Of a DNA stretch of 64,000 bases, positions 8,328-17,838 are shown piece after piece. The stretch comes from an uncultured Spirochaetia bacterium (GTDB lineage Bacteria; Oederibacteriota; PGYV01; Palsa-1178). The position numbers and the translations under genes were made by a program. Every line of letters starts with the position of its first letter. Position 1 is the stretch's first letter. The notes under the pieces were generated by a model. The model ran no database searches. It was not told the origin of the DNA and saw only the letters and a list, made by a program, of their open reading frames with translations. Location of the stretch: the NCBI GenBank assembly GCA_964565765.1, contig CAZMGF010000007.1:3222-67221 (forward strand), in the 5' to 3' direction.

Positions 8328-10598
8328 TTATCGCGCGGCCGAGAGCCTCTCGTTTACTTCCTCGAGCCTTTTGCGCGCGGTCAGGTGGTTGGGGTCCACT
8401 TTAAGCACCGCCAGGAGCTTTTCTTTTGATTCTTTGAGCCTGCTTTCTCCGAAAAGGTCCATCGCTTCCCTGTAAAGCCTGGAGGCCTCTTCGTCAAAAA
8501 GCGGCTTTAAGTCGCGCATGTATTTAAGGGCGAATTCGCTGGCAGGGTCGATCCGCAGGATTTTATTAAGATATTCCATAGTCTCCGCTGTTTTTTTGTT
8601 CCTGTAAGCTTCGTCAACTTTTTCCATAAGGCCTTCCATGCGGTTTTTCAGTATTTTCTTGACCTTTTCCATATAATCCCTCAGCTTTGTCTCCAGGGGC
8701 CTTTTCTCCACAACTTTCTTCCATTCCCTCAGGGCCGACATATAATCCTCTTCAAGCAATTTGTTTATCCCCTTTATAAAAGCCTCGGAAGCCAGCGCCG
8801 CGTCAACATCCTTTCCGAAATCCTCTTTTGCGAGTTTTCCGTAAGCTTCGTCCATGGCCGCTTTTATCTCCGGGGATTCCGGCTTCATATTCATGGCGTG
8901 GCTGAAGAGCAGGAGCGCCTCCAGGTCATTGCCGCGGGAGGCCTCTTCCTGCCCGGACCTGAACATCGCGTCTGTTTCCTTTTTTAATTTCAGCTCCCTT
9001 AATTTCTGCTCCGCCCCGTCAATGTATGACCTTGCCTGGGCGTTTGACTGGTCAAGCCTCAGGGCCTCGCGCCATTTTTCAATGGCTTCCTCGATTTTTC
9101 CAGTCTTATAAATGGCAACGCCTTCCGCGATTATGCCGGGCAGGTTTGCCGCTATGGCTATCTTTTCTTCCGCTGATTTTATATATGCCTTTATCTGGGC
9201 GTTGTTCGGGTCCAGGGAAAGCCCTTCCTGCCATTTCACAATCGCCCCTTTTATGTTCCCTTTTTTATAGATATTAAGCCCTTCCATTATCATGTTCCTG
9301 ACATCCTGAGAATTCTGATCCGCGCTGAGCCGCATCCTTAAGGCCTCAAGATTTTCCCCCACTTCGCGGTCGTCGGGGTATTTTTCACGCAGCTTTTCAA
9401 ATTCCGCGAATGATTCCTTTATCATTCCCTTTGCAGAGAGTTCCTTTGCCGCTTTTATTTCAACTGCAAGGTCTTTTCTGCCCTGTTCCTTGAGCATATT
9501 ATCCAGTATCGACTGCGCCGAAGCTTTGCTTGAAGTTATGCCTTTCATCATAAGGTCGATTTCCTGGGGCGATGTCGCGTTTTTCTTCGCGTCTTCTATG
9601 GTGATGAGCCCTTTCTTATAAAGGCTTATAAGCGACTGGTCAAAAGTCTGCATGCCGGACTGTGAGCCGTCCTTGATCAGGTCCTTGATGGAGCCCAGCT
9701 TGCCCTCTTCCATATAACCGCGCACCGTCGGAGTCACCACAAGCACTTCCACAGCGGGCACCCTGCCTCCCGCGCCGTCCACCCTGGCTATAAGCCTCAG
9801 TGATATTACGGCCCTTAAAGCGCCGGCAAGCTGCACCCTCACCTGGGCCTGCTGATCCTTGGGGAAAAAATCCAGTATCCTGCTTATCGTCTGGATGGTA
9901 TCTATCGTATGCAGCGTTGAAAACACCATATGGCCCGTTTCCGCGGCGGAAACGGCTATACCCACGGTTTCAGCGTCCCTCATTTCGCCGATAAGAATTA
10001 CATCGGGATCCTGCCTTAAGACAAATTTAAGGGCCGTCCTGAAATTTTCCGTATCCAGCCCGACTTCCCTCTGGGAAACGCTCGATAGCTTGTCGGAATG
10101 TACGAATTCGATGGGGTCCTCTATGGTCACAATATGATGGCGGAATGTTTCGTTTATTTTATTTATCATTGAGGCAAGGGTGGTTGATTTTCCGCTGCCC
10201 GTGGTCCCCGTGACAAGAACGAGCCCCCTGGGCAAAAGCGAAATTTCCGACAATATGGCCGGAAGGTTCATCTCCTCGATGGAAGGTATCTTTATGGGGA
10301 TTGCCCTTAAAACTATCTCGTATTTCCCCATCTGCTGGAAAGCATTAGCCCTGAAACGCGCCACGCCCTCAAGGTTGTACGCGAGATCCATTTCGTTTGT
10401 CTCTTCAAATTTCTTTCTCTGCTTTTCATCCATAAGGGCGAACATTGTTTCCTTCATATCCTCGCGCGACAATATTTCAAGATCCTCCACCGGCAGCATG
10501 CTGCCGTCAACCCTTAAAAGAGGCGGCCTGCCTTCCTTTAAATGCATGTCCGAGGCTTTTTTGTCAATCATCATATGAAGTAAATCGTTGATATTCAT
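8328..10598 (-). CDS. pilT: PilT/PilU-family retraction ATPase fused to about 400 aa of TPRs
   Basis: ASDMHL; Walker A GTTGSGKSTT; Asp box TIEDPIE; Walker B DPDVILIGEMRD; His box GHMVFSTLH; GMQTFDQSL; TPR array follows. Confidence 0.9.
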   Translation of the reverse strand: MNINDLLHMMIDKKASDMHLKEGRPPLLRVDGSMLPVEDLEILSREDMKETMFALMDEKQRKKFEETNEMDLAYNLEGVARFRANAFQQMGKYEIVLRAIPIKIPSIEEMNLPAILSEISLLPRGLVLVTGTTGSGKSTTLASMINKINETFRHHIVTIEDPIEFVHSDKLSSVSQREVGLDTENFRTALKFVLRQDPDVILIGEMRDAETVGIAVSAAETGHMVFSTLHTIDTIQTISRILDFFPKDQQAQVRVQLAGALRAVISLRLIARVDGAGGRVPAVEVLVVTPTVRGYMEEGKLGSIKDLIKDGSQSGMQTFDQSLISLYKKGLITIEDAKKNATSPQEIDLMMKGITSSKASAQSILDNMLKEQGRKDLAVEIKAAKELSAKGMIKESFAEFEKLREKYPDDREVGENLEALRMRLSADQNSQDVRNMIMEGLNIYKKGNIKGAIVKWQEGLSLDPNNAQIKAYIKSAEEKIAIAANLPGIIAEGVAIYKTGKIEEAIEKWREALRLDQSNAQARSYIDGAEQKLRELKLKKETDAMFRSGQEEASRGNDLEALLLFSHAMNMKPESPEIKAAMDEAYGKLAKEDFGKDVDAALASEAFIKGINKLLEEDYMSALREWKKVVEKRPLETKLRDYMEKVKKILKNRMEGLMEKVDEAYRNKKTAETMEYLNKILRIDPASEFALKYMRDLKPLFDEEASRLYREAMDLFGESRLKESKEKLLAVLKVDPNHLTARKRLEEVNERLSAAR

Positions 10599-10626
10599 CC
10601 CCTTGGACTCCTGTGTTTGAATTGGA

Positions 10627-11631
10627 TTAAAAGTATATTGTCAGCCCGAACCTGTTGTTGGACTGGTTTATCTGGCTCCCGAAATACTGCTGGTAGGCGT
10701 AATCAACCGAAAAAGTTTCCAGGGCAACGCTGGCGCCGCAGGTAAAACCGGCCGAAGAATCCGGCGGCAGGTATAAAAATCCCGCCCTGATGGCGATTGA
10801 CTGTATCTGCGATGTTTTCCCGAAGGCGAAATTATACTCGCCGCCGCCGCAAAAATCTGATACTGCCGGCGCGCCTGTGCTGTCCTCGATTGTCTTAAGG
10901 TCAAAGCTTACGAGAAAATCCGGAGTTATCCCGTAATAAAGCCCCGCGTTGAGTTCATAAGGCACTGATTCCTTTGTGCCGGTGTTCCATGTTACCTGGG
11001 AAAAAATGTCCTTGCATACAATCCCGATCCTGAAGTTATCCTTGAAGGCCGCCATGGCCGCCAGATCCGCGGAAAATCCCGAGGCGCTGATCTGCTGTGT
11101 GCCCAGCGTGAGGTCGGAGCTGGCCCCCAGGTATTTTAAATTGACTCCCACGGATATCTTCGGAAAATTATATTTGGACATCCCCAGGTATTTTTCAATC
11201 TGCATGCCCCATGAAAGCAGGGCCGTATACTCCGCCCATTTGTTCGTTGCGTCTCCGGCAAAATCCGGGTCAATCTGCGCGTTAGTATACCTTAGTGACC
11301 CTCCGATGGCGCCGAATCCGCCCGTGTCTCCCTGCGCGTATGATATTAGCATATCAGAGAGCCCCTTAAAATCATTGTAAACCTGGGGTATATATGTGCC
11401 GCTTACCGATTTTTCCTTTCCCAGGAAAGCCATCCCTGCCGGGTTCCACCAGGAAGCGTTTGCGTCATCAGCAACAGCAGTAAACGCGCCGCCCATTCCG
11501 GCGGCCCTTGCCGATATTACGCTGTCGGTAAAGGACCCGCCGAGCAGGTTTGAGCTGTCGGCGTTTGACGCCGGCACAAAAGCCGCGGCAATGATAAAAG
11601 CAAGGAGCGGAAGTTTTGTTGTTTTTTTCAT
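10627..11631 (-). CDS. PorV/UPF0164-like outer-membrane beta-barrel
   Basis: Signal peptide; SARAAGMGGAFTAVADDANASWWNPAG plug motif; ends in GLTIYF (terminal Phe). Confidence 0.85.
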   Translation of the reverse strand: MKKTTKLPLLAFIIAAAFVPASNADSSNLLGGSFTDSVISARAAGMGGAFTAVADDANASWWNPAGMAFLGKEKSVSGTYIPQVYNDFKGLSDMLISYAQGDTGGFGAIGGSLRYTNAQIDPDFAGDATNKWAEYTALLSWGMQIEKYLGMSKYNFPKISVGVNLKYLGASSDLTLGTQQISASGFSADLAAMAAFKDNFRIGIVCKDIFSQVTWNTGTKESVPYELNAGLYYGITPDFLVSFDLKTIEDSTGAPAVSDFCGGGEYNFAFGKTSQIQSIAIRAGFLYLPPDSSAGFTCGASVALETFSVDYAYQQYFGSQINQSNNRFGLTIYF

Positions 11632-11632
11632 A

Positions 11633-14600
11633 TTATTTCACCACCGCAATCATCCTGGAGGCCGAACTTGTTCCCCCGCCGGTATTGGTGGTTACAATCT
11701 TCATCAGGTAAAGGCCGTTGCGCACATAGGCTCCGGCGCCGTTCTTTCCGTCCCAGCTTACATAGTACATTACGTTTGCCGGACTTGTCGGGTTTGCGTC
11801 GCTGCCTGTAAAGAGCGGGTGGTCGGCCGCGTCGCTGAAAACCAGGGTCCTGACAACGCTTCCGGATATGTTGTAGATGTAAACTTTGACATCCTTGATT
11901 GTGGTAATATCCGATGTGTAATAATATTTTGCCGGGCCCGCTGTCGGGTTGAATGCCTTTGTGTTAAGGAAGTGGAAAGCCGCAAGCTGGACCGACGGCG
12001 GCGCATACATCAGGGCGAAAGCGTTGCTTAAGGGTATTGCCGCCATCTGAACCTCATAGTAATTATCCGTTCCGTTGCTGACCGGTGCTGAAAGCCCGGA
12101 AACCTGCGACCACGACGCCCCGTTCCACATCCACAGAGTAAGGCTTAAAGGCGTCAGCCCCAGGCTTGTAAGCGTGGCCACATTTGCGGCGGAATAATGC
12201 ATCCTCAATGTTGTTGAACACTGGTTGGCGTTAAAACTCAGCGGCAGGACAAAAGGAGCCGCTGTAAAAGAGACGCAATTGCCCAGTATAACGTATGTAC
12301 CCGGCGTTGCGGGCGGCGACGGAATCAGCGCAGCCTCAAGGTCGGCAGCCGGTACAGCGGCGTTGTTACTGTCTGTGATTCCGCTTGTTCCGGCGACGTA
12401 GCTTGACAGCCTCAGGTATGTTGTTGTGTTTTCACCCGTGCCGGTGATGTCGACATAAGTAACCCCGGCTGTCGAAATGTTGAACTGATAAGAATATGCC
12501 CCCTGGAAGCCGTTCACGGTCGCGGCCGTCACATAGGCGGTATATTGCCCGTCTGAAATTGTGCTCGACGGTATAAAGGATAAAATATTCGTGCCTGCCG
12601 TGTGCGTCAGGGATCCGGCAATAACGCCTGCCGTGCCCGATACCATTATCCCTGAATTTGCCCAGTCCACTGCCGCGGTGCTTGACTGCAGCAGGGTGGC
12701 GTTCACAGTCGTTACCAGGAACCCCACCTGCGTTGAGGCGGACTGCTGCAGCATCTGGGTTGAGCCGGAAATTGACCCAACATTTACATTGCTTACAGTG
12801 GGTATTGACTGGTCCACAATGGTGAATGTAAATGTGACTGTCGGCCCTATATTATCGGACGCGTCCACAGGCGTAACCTGATAAGTGTAAACTCCGCCCA
12901 CGGTTATCGGTTTGTCGGGTATGTAATATATCTCCCATGTTTTTGTTCCGGGCGTGCCGCCGTTCCATGCCACGTGGCCGCCGACAGGGTTGCCGTACGG
13001 GTCATAAAGCGCGATTGTGGAAAGATTTGTCGGCCCGGCTCCCACGCCGTTGTCCTGCAGTGTGACTTTGATATAATTTGTTGAATTTATTACACCGGGA
13101 TTAAGGACCTGGTTATTTGACGGATAAGCCGAGGATGCCACTATTACAGGCGGCAGGTTGTCGGGCAGCGGCACTGTCACGTCCTGCGGCACAACAAAAG
13201 AGACGGTGGTCTGGTTTGATGTCAGCCCGTATCCTCTGTTATCGCCGATAAAACTGTCATTAAAATAACTCGGCTGGGCATGCAGCATTGCCTGGGTATA
13301 ATTTATCGTGTTTGTACCGCAAACCTCTGAAGCCGTGGCAGGTGTTCCCACCACATCTATCATTCTTCCCACAAGTATGGACCTGAATGAAACTATATAT
13401 GTGCCCGCTGAAATGGAAGTTGAATAATAAGTGTAGGAAGGTTGGGCCGTAAAAGTGCCGTTATTATTGTCAACAAAATTATTAACCGGCGCAAAGACTA
13501 TGTCCCAGTCGTTTGTCAAGATGCCGTCCGGGATGGTATATATATCGGCCGGTATTATGGAGCATGGATCCGTAGGCACCGGATTGTACGTTATCACGCC
13601 GCCGCCGTCAAGGAATCCGGAAAACGGCTTGAGATCGGCAAATTTATTGCCGTAGTTCGGGTTTGTGTAATAGTAATCTGTATCCGTCGTCGGAAAGCTG
13701 TCCCTGGGGGCCACAAATATTTCCGTACCGACGGAATTATAAAGCCTTAAATCAATGTAAATATAAGGATAATTGTGAAAGTCATGGGTTGCCCCTGTTT
13801 CACCGGCCGTATAATTAAACCCGAGGTTCGCAAGGTTGGCTTTGGAGGCGTTTATCATATTTACCCCCATATTAATTGTAACCACAGTCTCAGCCTCCGG
13901 GGTATGCGCAAACTGCGTATTTACAGCGGCCAGGGTGGCGTCAAGCTCCACTGTTGTTACTATTAAATTTGCCGAATATGGGACCCCGGTATTTCCGGCC
14001 ATGTCCGTATAATTAAATGTAAATGTGTAATTTCCGTCAACAACCTCATTGGCGTTATTATCAAGGCCGTCCCATAATATCGGATTGTTATAGCCGAAAT
14101 TTCCCGTGGCCGTCAGTGATTTTATCGTAACGGCCCCCTGTGTAATCGTCAGCGTAACCGTTGAATTTTCGCTCATGTAATAAAAAAACTGCGCCAGCCC
14201 CTTATTGGGATTATAAGGGTTTGGATTTACGTTAACAAGCTGGATTGTCGGCCTTATTCCGTCGATATTAATAGTTGTCGGCGCGGTGAAAGGGGCATTG
14301 CTTGCCGACGCCGTGCCGTCTATAAAGTTTCCCGTTATCTGGCCGTTCTGTATGTTGAACTGGTAATTTTCCCTTATAAGAAAAGCTGTGTTATAAATGC
14401 CGTTGCCGCCGTCGGTGAGCGGTATGCCGGAAATGGCAGTGCCTATGCTTACTGTCGCAGTGCCGCCCGACCCGGGAGTGCCGACGGCGCCGGATAAAAG
14501 TTGTATTATGGAATAATTTGATACAGCCGGCCCCGCAATGAGCATCGTGTTGTCAATTGTCAGCTGCTGAGGCGCGGTATAGCCCGCAGTGTCGAGCCAT

Positions 14601-14905
14601 GTATGCGTGCCGTCATAAATATATATGCCGCCGGGAAACACCGCCGGAAAAGTCGGGCTGCTGAAGGTTATATTATTCGCCGTTGACGAGCTTATTGAAA
14701 TGTCGTTGTATGTAGCCGTCGCGTTTATCACGGACATATTAAAATTTAAGGTGTCCCCGATTTTTGAAACTGTGGCGGCTGGAGAAGGCTGAACATAAAG
14801 TGAAGATATTACATAAGCGGCTTTCAATCCTGATGAAAAAATAACTGCGAATAAAATTACAAAAAAGCTTAAAACAAGGCTGCTGCTTTTTGAGGTTGTT
14901 CTCAA
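11633..14905 (-). CDS. Large secreted protein with internal and C-terminal FlgD-Ig/T9SS-like domains and Ig-like (Big/CopC-like) modules
   Basis: TTG start with GGAGG SD; signal peptide; internal NPNPYNP...WDGLDN...DGNYTF; terminal IYNISGSVVRTL...WDGKN...NGLYLM...MIAVVK. Confidence 0.85.
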   Translation of the reverse strand: MRTTSKSSSLVLSFFVILFAVIFSSGLKAAYVISSLYVQPSPAATVSKIGDTLNFNMSVINATATYNDISISSSTANNITFSSPTFPAVFPGGIYIYDGTHTWLDTAGYTAPQQLTIDNTMLIAGPAVSNYSIIQLLSGAVGTPGSGGTATVSIGTAISGIPLTDGGNGIYNTAFLIRENYQFNIQNGQITGNFIDGTASASNAPFTAPTTINIDGIRPTIQLVNVNPNPYNPNKGLAQFFYYMSENSTVTLTITQGAVTIKSLTATGNFGYNNPILWDGLDNNANEVVDGNYTFTFNYTDMAGNTGVPYSANLIVTTVELDATLAAVNTQFAHTPEAETVVTINMGVNMINASKANLANLGFNYTAGETGATHDFHNYPYIYIDLRLYNSVGTEIFVAPRDSFPTTDTDYYYTNPNYGNKFADLKPFSGFLDGGGVITYNPVPTDPCSIIPADIYTIPDGILTNDWDIVFAPVNNFVDNNNGTFTAQPSYTYYSTSISAGTYIVSFRSILVGRMIDVVGTPATASEVCGTNTINYTQAMLHAQPSYFNDSFIGDNRGYGLTSNQTTVSFVVPQDVTVPLPDNLPPVIVASSAYPSNNQVLNPGVINSTNYIKVTLQDNGVGAGPTNLSTIALYDPYGNPVGGHVAWNGGTPGTKTWEIYYIPDKPITVGGVYTYQVTPVDASDNIGPTVTFTFTIVDQSIPTVSNVNVGSISGSTQMLQQSASTQVGFLVTTVNATLLQSSTAAVDWANSGIMVSGTAGVIAGSLTHTAGTNILSFIPSSTISDGQYTAYVTAATVNGFQGAYSYQFNISTAGVTYVDITGTGENTTTYLRLSSYVAGTSGITDSNNAAVPAADLEAALIPSPPATPGTYVILGNCVSFTAAPFVLPLSFNANQCSTTLRMHYSAANVATLTSLGLTPLSLTLWMWNGASWSQVSGLSAPVSNGTDNYYEVQMAAIPLSNAFALMYAPPSVQLAAFHFLNTKAFNPTAGPAKYYYTSDITTIKDVKVYIYNISGSVVRTLVFSDAADHPLFTGSDANPTSPANVMYYVSWDGKNGAGAYVRNGLYLMKIVTTNTGGGTSSASRMIAVVK

Positions 14906-14976
14906 TTTAGCCTCCCGGATAATAACAATATATATAATAGAATAATATCACAGATTAATGAAAAGTCAAGAATATA

Positions 14977-15004
14977 GGAAACCCCTTAAAAAAGGGGGTT
15001 TTCC
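14977..15004 (-). terminator. Possible intrinsic terminator after the pepA-barrel genes
   Basis: Imperfect hairpin GGAAACCCC...GGGGGTTTTCC in the intergenic region. Confidence 0.4.
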
Positions 15005-15059
15005 CGGTTTTTAATCCTTGCCTTTAAATATTCCCTTTTTATCCCTGTTTTAATGATTT

Positions 15060-15566
15060 TTAAAAATAATACCTTATAATTACCGGGCTTAACGCGAAAT
15101 CCTTTGCCGCGGCCACAAGCAGGTTTGTCTTGCTGTTTGACGTGCTTATTCCTATATATACACCCGCTTCGCTGCTCAAAGTAAGATTCTTGCTGATGCC
15201 GGATAGCACGAGCATAAACTCCGCGCCGACGCCTCCGTCAAGGGTCAACACGCTTGCCCCGGAGCCATAACTGAATTTCAACCCTGGTATAAGATTTATC
15301 GCAAAGTTGTCGCTCTCCATAAGCGGTGAAACCATGCCCGCCCCCAGGGTTGTGGTTGAATCATTCCCGTTCATAAGGAATCCGCCCGTAAGGTCCAGCC
15401 CCACTTTGTCATTTGCCCATACACGGTACACAATCGCGCTGTTTGTCAGGTCAAAACCAAGCGACTCTTTTTGTTTCAGGTCGCCGATGAGCGTGGATGC
15501 CTCCGCAGAAAACGCGGCCGCAGCCGAAGCCAGAACCAGTAACAATACCATAAGTGTCTTTTTCAT
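15060..15566 (-). CDS. Small outer-membrane beta-barrel protein
   Basis: Signal peptide ending AAFSA; alternating amphipathic strands; C-terminal IIRYYF; 4-bp overlap with pepA. Confidence 0.65.
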   Translation of the reverse strand: MKKTLMVLLLVLASAAAAFSAEASTLIGDLKQKESLGFDLTNSAIVYRVWANDKVGLDLTGGFLMNGNDSTTTLGAGMVSPLMESDNFAINLIPGLKFSYGSGASVLTLDGGVGAEFMLVLSGISKNLTLSSEAGVYIGISTSNSKTNLLVAAAKDFALSPVIIRYYF

Positions 15567-17050
15567 ATGACCCCCTCTTTTAAAGCGTTTTTTGTAAATT
15601 CATACATAAGCCTTATTCCGGTTGCGGCCACGCCGTCCGGAATATACGACTTGTTTTTCACTCCGTATGCAGTGCCGGCTATATCAAGGTGAACCCAGGG
15701 ATAACCCCCTGTAAATTCCTTCAGAAAAAGCCCCGCGCATGAAGTGCCCGCGCCGCCTTCCCCCGTGTTTTTAATGTCAGCGTATTTTGATTTCAGGGTC
15801 TCTGCGTACTCTTCCAGCATCGGCAGCTCCCATACAGTCTCGCCGCTTGTAACGCCCGCTTTTTTCATCAACGCCATTACTTCCGCGCCGTCCCCCATGA
15901 GCCCGGTCGCGTAATGGCCAAGCGCCATGACACACGCGCCGGTAAGGGTTGCAATGTCCACTATAAATGCCGGCTTGTATTTCTGGGCAAAATAAAGGGC
16001 GTCGCAGAGTATGAGCCTTCCCTCGGCGTCCGTTGATATAACCTCAATTGTTTTTCCCGACATGGATTTTAAAACATCGCCGGGTTTGTAGGATTTCCCC
16101 GAAGGCAGGTTCTCGGTTGCCGGGGCTATAAACACCGCGTTTATTTTCATCTTCATGGCCGATATTATTTTCATAAGGGCAATTACCGCGGCCGCGCCTG
16201 ACATGTCAAATTTCATGTCCTCTATGACCGACATGCCCGTGGCCTGCGGCTTAAGCGATATCCCGCCGGAATCAAAGGTTATCCCTTTTCCCACAAAAAC
16301 ACCTTTCTTTTTTGAAGCCGGCGCCCCGGTGTATTCCGCCACTATTAATTTCGCGGGCTCATCCGAGCCTTTGGCGACGGCGTAAAAACTTCCCATTCCC
16401 ATCTTTTTTGCCTCTTCAAGCGAATACACCCTGAGCTTTATCCTTTTGTCGCCGGAGGAAACTTTCTTTGCGGCATCAGCCAGCTTTGACGGAGTGGTGT
16501 AATTTCCAGGCCCGTTCATAAGGTCCTTTGCAAAAAATACCGCATCGGCCACCACGGCAGTTTCATCAATTATTTTTTTGAATCCCGCCGCCGCTTCCGG
16601 AAAAGCGACGGACATGATTTTATCCTTATCCTTCTTTTCTTTGAGCTCGTCATAGGCGTAATCGGCGAGCATGAATCCCTCAACCTGTGCCTTAAAATGT
16701 GCCGTTTCCTGTGAGAAGAGCCCGGACGCTATTCTTTTTGCGCCCAGGGACTTCGCTTCCTTTACCGCAAAACCGGAGGCTTCCCTTATTTTTTCCGGGG
16801 TTAATTTTTCTTTTTCTCCCAGCCCCAAAAAAAAGGCTTTTTTCACAGCACCGCCCTTTTCAAAGGTATAAAATGAGCGTTTTTTATATTCTTCCCTTAA
16901 GCCGCCGGCGGAAAAAAGCCTCTTTATTTCCGCCGAAAGCGGGCCGTATTCCGCGGCCGTAAAAACCCCGGCGCCGCCGGTAAAAACAGGGATAATATAA
17001 ATATCCGCCTCAATATCGAACAATTTCTTTCCCGGAATTTTCACTATCAT
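15563..17050 (-). CDS. pepA: Leucyl aminopeptidase (M17)
   Basis: GKGITFDSGGISLK, MKFDMSGAAAV, TDAEGRL, WVHLDIAG. Confidence 0.95.
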   Translation of the reverse strand: MIVKIPGKKLFDIEADIYIIPVFTGGAGVFTAAEYGPLSAEIKRLFSAGGLREEYKKRSFYTFEKGGAVKKAFFLGLGEKEKLTPEKIREASGFAVKEAKSLGAKRIASGLFSQETAHFKAQVEGFMLADYAYDELKEKKDKDKIMSVAFPEAAAGFKKIIDETAVVADAVFFAKDLMNGPGNYTTPSKLADAAKKVSSGDKRIKLRVYSLEEAKKMGMGSFYAVAKGSDEPAKLIVAEYTGAPASKKKGVFVGKGITFDSGGISLKPQATGMSVIEDMKFDMSGAAAVIALMKIISAMKMKINAVFIAPATENLPSGKSYKPGDVLKSMSGKTIEVISTDAEGRLILCDALYFAQKYKPAFIVDIATLTGACVMALGHYATGLMGDGAEVMALMKKAGVTSGETVWELPMLEEYAETLKSKYADIKNTGEGGAGTSCAGLFLKEFTGGYPWVHLDIAGTAYGVKNKSYIPDGVAATGIRLMYEFTKNALKEGVI

Positions 17051-17081
17051 CCGTGCACCCGCCTTATTTTGCAGGGAAAAT

Positions 17082-17762
17082 TTATTTTTCCCCGAAGTGT
17101 GTCAGAAAACCCGTTATATTTTTCGAGATAAAAAGATCGGTCCTGTCGACATCCGCGCTTAACGCGGCAATATCCTTCGCCGTATCCACGGGCGCCGAAT
17201 AAATCCCGGCGCATTCAATAAAAACCGACCTTGTATCCTCGCCCCATGATTCTATTTTTACATCATAAGCGGAAAGCTCATGATTGACCGGAGGAAAAAA
17301 CATCCTTGTGCCGATTATATGAAGGGGCCTCGCGAAAGGTTTCAGGTCCGAGTCGGTCATGGAAAATACTTTTTTCAGGAGATAGTCCCTTCCATCCTCA
17401 AACTGCCGCAGGTTGGCCAGCTTCCTGATGGAGACGCTGTGCATGATTATTAACGGAATGGACAGGGCCTTCGCGCATGTGTTAAAAAAATCAGAAGCCA
17501 GCGCGCTGTAATAATTTATGGAATTTGAGCAGAATTCGTAGGAAATAACAATCCTGTCCCTGAACACCCTGTAACGGGCAAGGTTGTTTTTTTCTTCCTT
17601 GGTGGACATCATCACAGAGCCGTCAGGCAGTGTGGAAAATGAGGTTATGGCATGCGACTCGGAGGCCGAATCAAAAACTCCGCGCAGTTTTTTATCATCC
17701 ATCTGCGCCGGCATAAATACAAATTCCATATTAACCGACATGAGCCTTGTTGAAATATCCAT
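17082..17762 (-). CDS. Hypothetical cytoplasmic alpha/beta protein
   Basis: About 226-aa ORF with normal composition that fills the gap; no family recognised with confidence. The ORF track starts 6 nt earlier, at a GTG. Confidence 0.7.
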   Translation of the reverse strand: MDISTRLMSVNMEFVFMPAQMDDKKLRGVFDSASESHAITSFSTLPDGSVMMSTKEEKNNLARYRVFRDRIVISYEFCSNSINYYSALASDFFNTCAKALSIPLIIMHSVSIRKLANLRQFEDGRDYLLKKVFSMTDSDLKPFARPLHIIGTRMFFPPVNHELSAYDVKIESWGEDTRSVFIECAGIYSAPVDTAKDIAALSADVDRTDLFISKNITGFLTHFGEK

Positions 17763-17838
17763 TTTCACCGCCTGTTATTTTATTCATAATAACAGAATCG
17801 GCGCTGATTTTCAACATGCTTGTGCGGCAAGGTTACAT

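Noticed and set aside
8328-10598. A type IV pilus locus
   Set aside because: Only the PilT-like ATPase is present; no pilin, PilB, PilC, PilD or PilMNOPQ in the window.
17780-17820. Possible sigma28 promoter (CAAG-N16-GCCGATTC) and 8-bp hairpin before the 17082 gene
   Set aside because: The -35 and spacing do not match the three good sites, and TTAA/CCGG are missing.
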